Positions 1 through 9,495 of a stretch of DNA of 64,000 bases are shown here, one piece after another. How positions within the stretch are numbered: the stretch's first letter is position 1; the number at the start of each line of letters is the position of its first letter. Origin of the DNA: a virus; the IMG/VR virus record IMGVR_UViG_3300042691_040117, positions 6,921 through 70,920 of that record. One strand, written 5' to 3'. The notes below the pieces were generated by a model. That model saw nothing but the letters and a program-made list of their open reading frames with translations. It had not been told where the DNA came from and did no database searches. The position numbers were made by a program, and so were the translations under genes.

Positions 1-1752
1 ATAGAGATACAAATGACTGGATATTCCAACGTTGATTGTTTTTTGAACATCCAAAGAAATCCAATCAATATCAGTTTCGGATCTAGTTACTGCCTTCGGT
101 GCAACAATTGATGTTACATATGCATTGTTATCTTTTTCAAATGCATTTTTCTTGAATCCCTCTGCTACTAATGATATTTGTCCAAAGTTTGAGTTGGAGT
201 TTGTGATTGAAGCGTCTCCACCACTTTGAACATCAAAGTGACGATTAAATCCAATTGCAAAAACAGAAACAACCTGGATAAAGGCATCATTCGATATCTT
301 AATGTGACTTGTTTCCCATCCTTTTCTGTAAATGGCATTCGAATCTAAATGATAAACTTTAGATGCATTTAACGCCGAAGAGTTTTTAGATAGATCAGTT
401 CCTGTTTGTTTAGTAATGGTAATCCCATCATAAACTCTAGAGGTTGGATCGTATTTTACAAATGATCTATCATCTTTCTGAAGTGAAACTCCAGTAAACT
501 GGGCAACAACCATACTCTTAAATCCAGTTGCCTTGTTACCGTCCGAATGCATTCCATTCATACCCCAGACAGAACGTAGGGAGCAATTGAATACGTATGG
601 TGAAGCACCAGTAACTGTATCTGTTTCTACAGTTACAGTTTGAGTGCTTGATGAGGATGGAGATGCTGGTAAGTTATCTCTAAATGCAGAAAGTAGATAG
701 GTAAATTCAGTTTCACTGATTACAGTTTGAACTTTGGTAGAAATATTATAGTCTTCAACTGCGACTCCTCTAATTTTAATCGGAGTTCCGGCATTTAAAT
801 TATGTTCTGTAGTAGTTGTAACTGTAACTATAACTGTTGGAACAAATCCATCTCCGGATTTAATAGAGCTAATGACGATTGGATCATTTGCAAATGCACC
901 AACAATCTCATATTCAGGTCTTCGTGCAGAGAATCCAAGTGGCGCATCTCCAATAGGATTATCTGGATATTTTTGATCTATATCTCTTCCTGATTCTAAA
1001 TTAAATGCATTTGATAATTTACTATAATACATGTTCAGATCACTGATCTGATATCCAGAAGGAATATTTACTCCATCAGCATATTCAAAGCAAGTTAATT
1101 TATGGTGAGAAAAAGTTGGTTTGGACTGGTTATTTGTGGAGAAGTCAATATCATCAGTATAAACAACACCAGTTTCATCTGCATCAAAGAAAGATAACTG
1201 CCAAAAATAACATGCACCAGTAATTCTGAATATTGCTGTTTTTCCTACAGCAGAATCTGTGGGATTCGGAACATATTTTGCACGTACCTTAGTCTTTCTT
1301 AAATCTAATCCTACAATTGAAGTACCTCTAGGTACAACAACTCCACCGTAGATACTATTGAATTTATAGAGAATATTATCTTCTTGCGTTATGTCAAAGT
1401 TAGATTCTAAAGTAAGAGAAAGAGTATCGACAGCAGCAGTTTCTTCTCCTGTTGGTGCTACTGCTCTTGCCTGATTTGAAACTTCTTTGATGGCATATCC
1501 TGGTCTATTATCAATAATATATTCTCCTGGGAAAAGAAGAATAGTTGTTTTTTCAGTAAGATCGTTGTCATTACCTCTTAAATAGGAAAATCTTGCCGAT
1601 TCTAACAGTGCTCTTTGAACAGTTTTAAAAGGTTTTGTTAGTGAATTGCCTTGATTAGTAATCGCATCCGTTGCATCAAGGTCATTTGGATTGACGTAAA
1701 GAATACGTCCCTCTGTATTCTTTATAAAATTCTCTAATTTATTAAGAGGCAT
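1..1752 (-). CDS. Large cyanophage virion structural protein, N-terminal part (runs off the left edge)
   Basis: ATG at 1752 reads MPLNKLENFIKNTEGRILYVNPNDLDATDAITNQGNSLTKPFKTVQRALLESARFSY, an N-terminus I recognise from T4-like cyanophage structural proteins. Not in the ORF track because its stop lies outside the window. Late promoter CATAAATA lies upstream. Confidence 0.8.
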   Translation of the reverse strand, partial: MPLNKLENFIKNTEGRILYVNPNDLDATDAITNQGNSLTKPFKTVQRALLESARFSYLRGNDNDLTEKTTILLFPGEYIIDNRPGYAIKEVSNQARAVAPTGEETAAVDTLSLTLESNFDITQEDNILYKFNSIYGGVVVPRGTSIVGLDLRKTKVRAKYVPNPTDSAVGKTAIFRITGACYFWQLSFFDADETGVVYTDDIDFSTNNQSKPTFSHHKLTCFEYADGVNIPSGYQISDLNMYYSKLSNAFNLESGRDIDQKYPDNPIGDAPLGFSARRPEYEIVGAFANDPIVISSIKSGDGFVPTVIVTVTTTTEHNLNAGTPIKIRGVAVEDYNISTKVQTVISETEFTYLLSAFRDNLPASPSSSSTQTVTVETDTVTGASPYVFNCSLRSVWGMNGMHSDGNKATGFKSMVVAQFTGVSLQKDDRSFVKYDPTSRVYDGITITKQTGTDLSKNSSALNASKVYHLDSNAIYRKGWETSHIKISNDAFIQVVSVFAIGFNRHFDVQSGGDASITNSNSNFGQISLVAEGFKKNAFEKDNNAYVTSIVAPKAVTRSETDIDWISLDVQKTINVGISSHLYLY

Positions 1753-1784
1753 TTGACTATATTTTCAGAAATATTCCTATGGTT

Positions 1785-1792
1785 TATTTATG
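1785..1792 (-). promoter_or_regulatory. T4-type late promoter (CATAAATA)
   Basis: NATAAATA motif ~33 nt upstream of the ATG at 1752. Confidence 0.6.
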
Positions 1793-2114
1793 ATGTCAAA
1801 TCTTCGCCACCATAGTCAAATTCTAATTCATCAGGTAAATCTTCAGGGTTTTCTAACTCAACTGGAAAGAAACAAGGATGCGCTTCCTCATCTATAAGAT
1901 AGAAAGAATTTTTATATAAATCTTCTGGATCAAATGTTCTATACTTATCCGCTTCTTTACAAAGATCTATATCATATAAGTGTCCATCAGGCAGTTCATC
2001 AAAAGTGAAGGGTATTTCATTAATAAAATACATCTTCACAATCATACTGCCATTATTGTACCAGCAGTATGCGTGAGTGATTTTGTATTTAAAAGACATA
2101 GGAGAAATTCCCAT
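1788..2114 (-). CDS. Conserved cyanophage hypothetical protein (acidic C-terminus)
   Basis: 108-aa ORF (alternative start at 2099); AATAAATA late motif at 2122-2129. Confidence 0.7.
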   Translation of the reverse strand: MGISPMSFKYKITHAYCWYNNGSMIVKMYFINEIPFTFDELPDGHLYDIDLCKEADKYRTFDPEDLYKNSFYLIDEEAHPCFFPVELENPEDLPDELEFDYGGEDLTS

Positions 2115-2134
2115 ATCTTTTTATTTATTTTAAG

Positions 2135-2218
2135 TAGGAGATGGGAGACTTGAACTCCCACGGGCATACGCCCAACAGATTTTAAGTCTGGTGTGTCTAC
2201 CGATTCCACCAATCTCCC
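2135..2218 (-). tRNA. tRNA-Leu(TAA)
   Basis: Reverse complement GGGAGATTGGTGGAATCGGTAGACACACCAGACTTAAAATCTGTTGGGCGTATGCCCGTGGGAGTTCAAGTCTCCCATCTCCTA: cloverleaf, long variable arm, anticodon loop CTTAAAA. Confidence 0.95.
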
Positions 2219-2230
2219 TTGTATAGGACC

Positions 2231-2259
2231 ATTATAACTCAAAGAGTTGTATTGGTCAA
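2231..2259 (-). promoter_or_regulatory. sigma70-type early promoter for tRNA-Leu
   Basis: TTGACC-17 nt-TATAAT. Confidence 0.8.
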
Positions 2260-2260
2260 G

Positions 2261-2333
2261 TGCTCCTTGCGTGGATCGAACACGCCTCAGGCGAATTATG
2301 AGTTCGCTGCATTCACCAGATTGCTAAAGGAGC
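2261..2333 (-). tRNA. tRNA with CAT anticodon (elongator Met or Ile2)
   Basis: Reverse complement GCTCCTTTAGCAATCTGGTGAATGCAGCGAACTCATAATTCGCCTGAGGCGTGTTCGATCCACGCAAGGAGCA; G1-C72 paired, so not initiator type. Confidence 0.9.
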
Positions 2334-2335
2334 AA

Positions 2336-2425
2336 CGGAAGTGGTTGGATTCGAACCAACGGATGCCCTTAAAGAACATCGGCGGATTAGCAATCCACTG
2401 CATTAGACCTCTCTGCCACACTTCC
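2336..2425 (-). tRNA. tRNA-Ser(GCT)
   Basis: Reverse complement GGAAGTGTGGCAGAGAGGTCTAATGCAGTGGATTGCTAATCCGCCGATGTTCTTTAAGGGCATCCGTTGGTTCGAATCCAACCACTTCCG; long variable arm, G discriminator. Confidence 0.93.
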
Positions 2426-2428
2426 ATA

Positions 2429-2500
2429 TAGGAGTACTGGGAGTTGAACCCAGACTAACCCGTTATAAGCAGGCCGCTCTGACCATTAAGCTATACTCCC
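2429..2500 (-). tRNA. tRNA-Ile(TAT)
   Basis: Reverse complement GGGAGTATAGCTTAATGGTCAGAGCGGCCTGCTTATAACGGGTTAGTCTGGGTTCAACTCCCAGTACTCCTA; anticodon loop CTTATAA. Confidence 0.9.
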
Positions 2501-2514
2501 ATAAAGCCAAATCT

Positions 2515-2543
2515 ATTATAGAGGATTTGGAACTCTTTGTCAA
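2515..2543 (-). promoter_or_regulatory. sigma70-type early promoter for the tRNA cluster
   Basis: Perfect TTGACA-17 nt-TATAAT. Confidence 0.85.
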
Positions 2544-2713
2544 GGTGCTTCGTTGTTAAACTCGGTGTGTATTCGTATAAGATCGTCGTCTGCAGGAATC
2601 ATTACTGCCGCTCTTCCGTCTTCACCGACAATTCCTATGTGCTCACCATTTTCGACTCTTTCAAGGAGTTCGTCAAATTGTTGTTGAAATTGTTCCACGG
2701 TAAAAACTTCCAT
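2540..2713 (-). CDS. Small Phd/YefM antitoxin-like protein (57 aa, not in ORF track)
   Basis: MEVFTVEQFQQQFDELLERVENGEHIGIVGEDGRAAVMIPADDDLIRIHTEFNNEAP*; matches the Phd pattern (F.ELL.RVE.GE.I.I...G..AV.IP). Confidence 0.65.
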   Translation of the reverse strand: MEVFTVEQFQQQFDELLERVENGEHIGIVGEDGRAAVMIPADDDLIRIHTEFNNEAP

Positions 2714-2734
2714 TTTTGTCTTGTATTTAGTTTA

Positions 2735-2920
2735 TCAAAAGGGTTTGGAATACACCAGAGTATCTTCATCAAGTTTAGAACGAACAACTTCAAGAACGTT
2801 CATAAACTGATTTACACTTTCACATTCCACAACTCGCTCTCCACCTTGATCAGAGTACAGGTAGAACTTACGTGCCAGTGTGTCAACAACACAGCGGGTT
2901 AGTACTTCTTCGGCAGGCAT
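2735..2920 (-). CDS. Small conserved cyanophage hypothetical protein
   Basis: 61-aa ORF directly downstream of an early promoter. Confidence 0.7.
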   Translation of the reverse strand: MPAEEVLTRCVVDTLARKFYLYSDQGGERVVECESVNQFMNVLEVVRSKLDEDTLVYSKPF

Positions 2921-2946
2921 CAGGCGTTTCGTTTGATTACCTAGGT

Positions 2947-2975
2947 ATTATAGGGCATCTGGACCGGCGTGTCAA
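2947..2975 (-). promoter_or_regulatory. sigma70-type early promoter
   Basis: Perfect TTGACA-17 nt-TATAAT. Confidence 0.85.
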
Positions 2976-2981
2976 GGGGTT

Positions 2982-3866
2982 TTATCCAAGGGAGTTGATT
3001 GAATTTATTGATGCAGATATTGTGGATTGCCTTTGTGATATAGATCCATCACGACAATTAAATCCCCATCTTCTTACCTCATGTGATGATTTTTCAGTCT
3101 TAACAGAATTTAAATCTGTAAAATTAATCGTATCCCTTTGCGTTCGAAGTGCGTCTATTTCATTGACCAGTGTTGTTATTGTATTGTAATATGTGGTACA
3201 AATGGGTGGAGTTGACAATCCTACATCAATTTCCTTATAAGATGAAGATACTGTAGATCCATTATTGTTAGAAACAGTAGTCTGATATCCATTTCCCACA
3301 TTTGAGTTTGATAAAGTCTGGTTTACTATTGGGAGAAATGAATTTGCTGAATAATTCTCTACATTCGAATATACACTAATAGTTGCAGTATCTTGCCTTA
3401 CTGTTAATCCTGCCCCAATTGCAATCCCAGTGCCATTTACATCAGCAGCATTAACTATTAAAGGAAATACAAGTGGATCAAGTGGATTAAATCCAAATTG
3501 AATCATTGAACATCCAGCAGAAACCGCAGATGCTATTGTAGAAACAATAAGACTTTTTTTAGAATCAATTTGATCATTAAGATCTTTTATTTGTTGATCT
3601 AACGGTATAGCTACATTTTTCAATTGAGATATTAATAGATCTCTATTAGAAGATTCTGTTTCTATAATCGTGCTCGGCAACTCATTTGGATTTTTACTTT
3701 CATATTCAACTTTAGTCCAAGTTGAATCATCATTTTGAGTAAATTGTGCATTGGTTATATTTTCATCAGGTGTAATTAAATTATCTGGATCTGAATTATA
3801 CTTTGAAATGTAGTCATATTCAGACGTCAACAGTTTAATTGCACCTTGCCCAGAATTATCAGCCAT
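2982..3866 (-). CDS. Hypothetical, probably baseplate-associated virion protein (coiled-coil segments)
   Basis: 294-aa ORF; GATAAATA late motif at 3889-3896; lies at the end of the baseplate operon. Confidence 0.6.
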   Translation of the reverse strand: MADNSGQGAIKLLTSEYDYISKYNSDPDNLITPDENITNAQFTQNDDSTWTKVEYESKNPNELPSTIIETESSNRDLLISQLKNVAIPLDQQIKDLNDQIDSKKSLIVSTIASAVSAGCSMIQFGFNPLDPLVFPLIVNAADVNGTGIAIGAGLTVRQDTATISVYSNVENYSANSFLPIVNQTLSNSNVGNGYQTTVSNNNGSTVSSSYKEIDVGLSTPPICTTYYNTITTLVNEIDALRTQRDTINFTDLNSVKTEKSSHEVRRWGFNCRDGSISQRQSTISASINSINSLG

Positions 3867-3895
3867 AATATTTTAATCTTTGTTGGAATATTTAT

Positions 3896-4573
3896 CTACA
3901 GTTCCAACCATTGAGATGGGTGAGTTGATCCTTGATGATAGTTTGGATGATCTTCTTTTAGAGTTATGCGAATATCTCCAGGTATTACAATACGCTCATC
4001 TCTTCTTTCAGTAAATTTTTGAGTAAAGTGATAAGTATTACTTGGAAACAGAATAACTGTTCCTTCAGTTGGAGTGATAGTATAATAATTACAATTATAT
4101 CGATTAAATCCTAATAGAGTATTTCTTTTTTCTGCGGTTTCGAACAGTCCACCGGCAACTTCATTTCTATTTGCTCTTTGACTAATACAAAATTTATCTG
4201 AAGTCTCATTAGTTTTCAAATAATAAACAAAACTAATATTAGATTCATTATGATAATGTGGAGTAATAGAAGGTGTAGTATCGTCTAAATGACACCCAAC
4301 CCATGCCTTAATAATATGATAACTTAATAAAGTATGGTCAACATTCAAATGCTCCATATATTCGTCGAGATTCTTTTTCAATGAATTGAAAAAAGGTTTA
4401 TATCTTTTTTGATGATGAACGAATATTTTTCCAGAAAACTCTGGACTTTCATTTTCATAACCATTAAACCAATAATCTCGTAAAGAATCTAAATTGTTTC
4501 TTTTAAATTCTTCATGCCCTTCTAAGGCACCTTGATAGACTACAAGGGGAAATATTTCATGAACTTTATTCAC
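3896..4573 (-). CDS. Putative 2OG-Fe(II) oxygenase (TIGR02466-like)
   Basis: PHYHNESNISFVYYL, P.EG.VILFPS...H and R..I motifs. Confidence 0.8.
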   Translation of the reverse strand: MNKVHEIFPLVVYQGALEGHEEFKRNNLDSLRDYWFNGYENESPEFSGKIFVHHQKRYKPFFNSLKKNLDEYMEHLNVDHTLLSYHIIKAWVGCHLDDTTPSITPHYHNESNISFVYYLKTNETSDKFCISQRANRNEVAGGLFETAEKRNTLLGFNRYNCNYYTITPTEGTVILFPSNTYHFTQKFTERRDERIVIPGDIRITLKEDHPNYHQGSTHPSQWLEL

Positions 4574-5436
4574 GTAAAGCTTTTGCCATTAATTACATAT
4601 TCTCTATTATCGCCCGGATAGTCCGCTGGTGTCAAGCCCTTATATTCTGGAATATTTTTAGAAGTATCTTTTCTCTCTGCAAATACCATATAATTACAAT
4701 TAATTGCGGCACCAGAATTATTTTTAATAATAATCTTAGTACCCCATTCAATTTTTTCTACAAATAATTCCTGATAATATCCGACTGGAGTTAAAGATAC
4801 TCCAATTGTTTCAACATCAACTAAATTTCTCCAATATTCCGGAAGTTCAATTACATTACCATCTTTTAATTTTCCTCTCAGATATACTTCTGCAGATGGA
4901 CCTTCTACACAAATATATCTGAGACGGTGATCTGCTTTTGAAGGATGAGGAATATCAAATCCTTTTTTAGAATCCCAGAATGCTGCAGCAACATCCCAAT
5001 TTCTTCCGTTTAAATTTAAAGCCAGAGCAGAAGTAATATTTACGTTAAGACCAGTTACATTAAAACTACCTGCTGCAGTTGCATATAAGTTAGAACCAGA
5101 AGTTAATGTGATACTACCAGAAGTAATATCTGTGGTTGCAGTTCCACAATAAAAATTAGTTCCTGTTAAGTTTGTAGATCCAATGACATTATGCACTCCT
5201 ACAGTTGTCCATATCCCAATAGCAGTACTATTTCCATCTGCTCTAAATGCAAAAGGATACAGACCCTGTCCTGCTGCTAAAGATGCCTGCCCAAAAGCAA
5301 CAATTGACCCAGCTCCATAATGACCCATATGAGAAGATATTGTTCCTGGTATCCAAAATCCTTTAGGTATATTCAGTCCCTCACCCAAAATACTCGTAAC
5401 TGCAAGACCAAAAAAGTCCATTGGTGAATTTGCCAT
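4570..5436 (-). CDS. Baseplate/spike-associated structural protein
   Basis: Gly/Thr-rich beta repeats plus C-terminal KGFDIPHPSK..HRLRYICVEGP.AEVYLRGKL domain seen in T4-like cyanophage virion proteins. Confidence 0.6.
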   Translation of the reverse strand: MANSPMDFFGLAVTSILGEGLNIPKGFWIPGTISSHMGHYGAGSIVAFGQASLAAGQGLYPFAFRADGNSTAIGIWTTVGVHNVIGSTNLTGTNFYCGTATTDITSGSITLTSGSNLYATAAGSFNVTGLNVNITSALALNLNGRNWDVAAAFWDSKKGFDIPHPSKADHRLRYICVEGPSAEVYLRGKLKDGNVIELPEYWRNLVDVETIGVSLTPVGYYQELFVEKIEWGTKIIIKNNSGAAINCNYMVFAERKDTSKNIPEYKGLTPADYPGDNREYVINGKSFT

Positions 5437-5438
5437 AA

Positions 5439-6008
5439 TTACTTACACGATTCTAAAATACCTTGAATTAAATCTGAAACTGGACCAGGTAGAAATGGAA
5501 GGCTACTTAAAGGAGATCCATAACTCATTTCACCTAACATTTTAATCATATGATTGGAAGCAATATCAACTCCAGCCTGACCACTTAAACATAATTTTGT
5601 TCCGGAAATAACAATATTATCACCGGTTGCTAATGTAATTTGACCATTTGCAGAAACCTGAAAAGTTCCATTATTTTTTGGTCCATTTGTCTCTATGAAA
5701 ATATTTTTTGCCTTTAATTTAATATTTCCATTCACAGAAGTTATACAAATATCTCCGTTTCTTGCAACTATGGACTTTGCAATATTTTCCTTTTGTGATC
5801 CATCTAGTTGATCTCCACATATTTCATCAAATCTTTGTGGGACGCGAATTGTGGTATTTCCATTCTCATTGGAATGCTCAATGTATCCACCCTTGGTCAC
5901 TAAAGTAAATTCAGAACCTTCATCAGGTTTGTTATTTGCTCCACCTGGACCAAAAAACATTACTCCATGTGGATTATTAGTAACTGTATATTCTGGTACT
6001 CTACTCAT
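5439..6008 (-). CDS. gp5-associated baseplate spike protein (beta-helix-like)
   Basis: IVARNGDICITSVNGNIKLKAKNIFIE repeats; directly follows the gp5-like genes. Confidence 0.6.
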   Translation of the reverse strand: MSRVPEYTVTNNPHGVMFFGPGGANNKPDEGSEFTLVTKGGYIEHSNENGNTTIRVPQRFDEICGDQLDGSQKENIAKSIVARNGDICITSVNGNIKLKAKNIFIETNGPKNNGTFQVSANGQITLATGDNIVISGTKLCLSGQAGVDIASNHMIKMLGEMSYGSPLSSLPFLPGPVSDLIQGILESCK

Positions 6009-7672
6009 TTTTTAACACAATCAATTACACGAATTAAGTTTTCAGATTTAAAGTTTCTGGCAGATTGAGAGTTAAATTGTTCGACCTTATTAACTCTGGT
6101 GAAGTTTAAAATTGGACGTATCCTTGCACCGGATCCTGTATTACTATTTATGGTAATTTCTGGAATCTGATTTAAATCGCATGGAATATTACTTATATCA
6201 ATTGCAACAATCTGCCCCTGGGAAGTTAATTTTATACTAGCTTCGAGATTTGGTACATCAGGATTAATTGTAACCGTATCGTTAATAGTATACCCAATTC
6301 CTGTACCTATAATCTCAAATTTGGTTAAGCATCCTACATACTCTCGAACTTCAACTTTTACAGGTTCCTCTGGAGTTACTTCTCCATCACCACCACCGTC
6401 AGCGCCACCGTCAGCGCCTCCAGCGCCAGTATCATTTATAGTTGGATTTCCATACTCATCAAGTCCATCCGGAGAAGTTAAATAACCACCACCAGGATTT
6501 ACAATTACAATGCTTTCAACTTGTCCAGACTCATTAATAACCGAATATGCAGAGGCATAATTTCCATTATCACAACTATCAGAAAATGTAACAAATGGTG
6601 GTGAAGTGTACCCCTCTCCACCATAAATTAGGTCAACCCCAACAACTTGCCCAATACTATTCACAATTGCATTTCCTACGGCACCTATACCTCCACCACC
6701 AAATATTTCCACATTTGGAAGACCACATGCATAAGGATCTGTATTACAATTTAGTGGACCTGCATAAGTGTTAGAATCCTCGCCAAAAAATTGTGCAAGG
6801 GCATCGTCAGCCCCCTGAACAATAGAACTGGAATTTGGAACAGATGCAAAATTATTAAAATTATCTATTTCTGATCGAGTAGGACCTCCCCATGGTCCTT
6901 GCTTAAAGGATTTAACCTCTGGACAATTTGGTTTTTGGCATAGAAAAGCTTCAAATCCTAAAATAAAATCAATTGCCTCAAAAATTGATCCTGCAATTTG
7001 AGCTACTCCTCCCAGAACATCATTAATACTATCTAAAACCGGTTGAATTTCATTATCTATTACTGTTGCAATATTGTTGATAAGAGCATTCGTAAACCCT
7101 TCTACTGCACAAAAAACTGGATTTAAAATTTCTTGAACAAATGCATAAAGAAAATCAACAACTAAATCAACTAACCCATCAATAATTTTATCAAATGCAC
7201 ATAAAATTTGCTTTATAACTTCATCAATAACTAGATCTTTGAAAACTTTAGCTATTGTTGGGAGAAGATATTCTATAACTATTTGAATTAATTCTCTAAT
7301 CTTCTTCATTAACCAATTTCTAGCTCTTTGAATTAGTATTTTTAAAATTGATGCAATAATATCGGCAGTTTGACTGATTAAATTAGTAATATTTTGAATT
7401 TTATTAATAGTTCCGAATACATATAATTCACCATATTTTTGAATTCCTTTAAGTGCAGTAAAGAAATTCAAAAGAGCCGTATCAATTTGAGCTAGAGTAC
7501 CTTTTCCACAAGTATCAGGTAAATCTATTTTTAAATCTGTTAGGTATGATAGAGTGGCAAATGCTTCCGTACCAAGAAATGTCTCAGAATCTGGAGCATT
7601 GGAAAAATTCCAAGATATATCAGATTGTTGATTGGTGCCATCAAATGGAATTACTGGAATTTTTGTTGCCAT
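6005..7672 (-). CDS. Baseplate hub gp5-like protein, central/C-terminal part
   Basis: Helical N-half followed by GGGGIGAVGNAIVNSIGQVVGV..GGEGYTSPPFV repeats and a terminal VIDCV, as in cyanophage gp5. Confidence 0.7.
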   Translation of the reverse strand: MATKIPVIPFDGTNQQSDISWNFSNAPDSETFLGTEAFATLSYLTDLKIDLPDTCGKGTLAQIDTALLNFFTALKGIQKYGELYVFGTINKIQNITNLISQTADIIASILKILIQRARNWLMKKIRELIQIVIEYLLPTIAKVFKDLVIDEVIKQILCAFDKIIDGLVDLVVDFLYAFVQEILNPVFCAVEGFTNALINNIATVIDNEIQPVLDSINDVLGGVAQIAGSIFEAIDFILGFEAFLCQKPNCPEVKSFKQGPWGGPTRSEIDNFNNFASVPNSSSIVQGADDALAQFFGEDSNTYAGPLNCNTDPYACGLPNVEIFGGGGIGAVGNAIVNSIGQVVGVDLIYGGEGYTSPPFVTFSDSCDNGNYASAYSVINESGQVESIVIVNPGGGYLTSPDGLDEYGNPTINDTGAGGADGGADGGGDGEVTPEEPVKVEVREYVGCLTKFEIIGTGIGYTINDTVTINPDVPNLEASIKLTSQGQIVAIDISNIPCDLNQIPEITINSNTGSGARIRPILNFTRVNKVEQFNSQSARNFKSENLIRVIDCVKK

Positions 7673-7687
7673 TTTTTAATAATATTA

Positions 7688-8206
7688 TTAACTGTTATTT
7701 ATATTGAGCTTTATACCCTTGGCTGCTTCCCAATCTCCTATAGGAATTTCAGATCCAACAGAACTAGTTGGTTTTGCTCCAGATTTTGTTTGATGAAATG
7801 CAGCTTCTACTCCAGAAGTATATTTGCTAACAGTTTTGAAATATGTACTTCCGTCTTTACTTTCGTTTAATCCACGTTCATCAGTATTTCTTGAAAGAAC
7901 ATGAGTAATGACTGGAACTTGATTTCCTTCATCTAAAAAAAATCCTATCACCCATTCTCCTGCATATATGCCAGTGGACCCTCCACTATAATTTCCTTGA
8001 CTCGTTGGTTTTGCAATAATTGCCCATGGTAAATTTTCATCAGTAACCTCACCAACATCATGAATTCCTGGAATTCTAACTTTAACTCTACTAGACCATG
8101 CCTCTTTTATCCAATCTGCATTTTTAGAATGCTCATTTTGATCTGGAGGAACCTGACCAATGAACCATCGATATGAAAGACCAGCAAATCCTACATTTGC
8201 AGACAT
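7688..8206 (-). CDS. Baseplate hub gp5 N-terminal OB-fold domain
   Basis: WFIGQV...RVKVRIPGIH...LPWA...GEWVIGFFLDEGNQVPVI motif of Gp5_OB. Confidence 0.85.
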   Translation of the reverse strand: MSANVGFAGLSYRWFIGQVPPDQNEHSKNADWIKEAWSSRVKVRIPGIHDVGEVTDENLPWAIIAKPTSQGNYSGGSTGIYAGEWVIGFFLDEGNQVPVITHVLSRNTDERGLNESKDGSTYFKTVSKYTSGVEAAFHQTKSGAKPTSSVGSEIPIGDWEAAKGIKLNINNS

Positions 8207-8212
8207 TATTGA

Positions 8213-9490
8213 TTAACCTGCTTTACTAGTATATAGACCATATGTATCACGAACAAGAGTTAATGAAGTGAACGATCTTTTGGGTGTAAAATCGTGACAT
8301 AAATTCAATATTAAGTAGTTTCCACTTTGAGTTGGATCTGCATATCCTTGTTCTTTTGATCCTTGGGTTATCATTTCAAACTCACAACGAATGACATCTC
8401 CAGCACGAAGATTAGGATTGCATGGAACAGTTATAGAAATAATTTGAGTAAATAAAAGATTATATCTTGTACTTGATGTTGCTTGATATTCTTTTGGATC
8501 ATTATTAATTTCACCTGCAGCAGTTTTTTCCAAAGTTCCAATATCCACAATATGATAATGAGTTCTTGTGAAACTATTTTCTGTCGGAATATCTACATCC
8601 TTTCCTAGAGAACTTTTTAGACCATCTTTACCCAATTCAGTTATAATTTCAGCATACTCTAAAGTCCGTGGATCAAAAAAGAGATTTCTGCTAAGATAAA
8701 CTCCAGATTTAAGAGCATTAATTACATTTTGATTTTTTTGAATTGAAACTGAAGCCATTTTATAATCATTAGAATCATTATCTATTGAAGATTCGAGACC
8801 ATCATTACGGTAGTAAACAGATTTTGGTGCCGTCGAGATTAATTTATCGATTGCTTTGTATTTAAATCCATCTTGTGTTTCATAAAAGAAGAATCCTGAC
8901 AATCCTTCGGATGGGATTGTTTTTGGTCCAAGAGAGCATATAATTTCAAATGGATTACGACTGTTTCCTATAAAATTATAAGAATTTTTAACTTCATCTA
9001 CATCAACTTTATCTGAAGAAACTTCTAGATAATCCGATAAAATTTTCTTTACAGTATTTCCAATATTTCCTCTATACTTTGCAAAAACAGTTGCTTCTTG
9101 ATTTTTAATGGCAGATTCGGAAACTAAATCTAAAGTTACAATTTGCCTAGTTCCTTGATCTGCACCTGGAGGAGATACTCCATTTACCAGTAAAGGATTT
9201 GTTGTAAAATCTAACGTTCCTAATTTTGATTGTATTTTAAATTTTATCTTTTCTGCCCCTGTGATGGGTAATCCATTATATACTGTCGTAATTCTCTCCT
9301 GGGGATCATATTTTGAATCAGCCTTTATTGATCCTCCAGTATCAACAAACGACATCGATGCTGTAATATTCGGAGACAGTAAACTTTCATAATAAGAAAA
9401 CTTAACCGTTGCTGGTCTCAAATCAACAGTTTTCCCATCTTTGTCGATGGTCATTATTTCGTAAATAGAGGGTGAAGATGCATTTGCCAT
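8213..9490 (-). CDS. Baseplate hub protein (gp27-like)
   Basis: YESLLSP..., GFFFYETQDGFKYKAID, VPCNPNLRAGDVI, SGNYLI..LCH...TSLTLVRDTYG. Confidence 0.75.
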   Translation of the reverse strand: MANASSPSIYEIMTIDKDGKTVDLRPATVKFSYYESLLSPNITASMSFVDTGGSIKADSKYDPQERITTVYNGLPITGAEKIKFKIQSKLGTLDFTTNPLLVNGVSPPGADQGTRQIVTLDLVSESAIKNQEATVFAKYRGNIGNTVKKILSDYLEVSSDKVDVDEVKNSYNFIGNSRNPFEIICSLGPKTIPSEGLSGFFFYETQDGFKYKAIDKLISTAPKSVYYRNDGLESSIDNDSNDYKMASVSIQKNQNVINALKSGVYLSRNLFFDPRTLEYAEIITELGKDGLKSSLGKDVDIPTENSFTRTHYHIVDIGTLEKTAAGEINNDPKEYQATSSTRYNLLFTQIISITVPCNPNLRAGDVIRCEFEMITQGSKEQGYADPTQSGNYLILNLCHDFTPKRSFTSLTLVRDTYGLYTSKAG

Positions 9491-9495
9491 TTAAT

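Noticed and set aside
2042-2431. ORFs 2042-2242(-) and 2219-2431(+)
   Set aside because: They overlap tRNA genes and are spurious.
6390-6428. Short GC-rich direct repeat (caccgtcagcgc x2)
   Set aside because: It encodes a low-complexity GADGGADGG linker.
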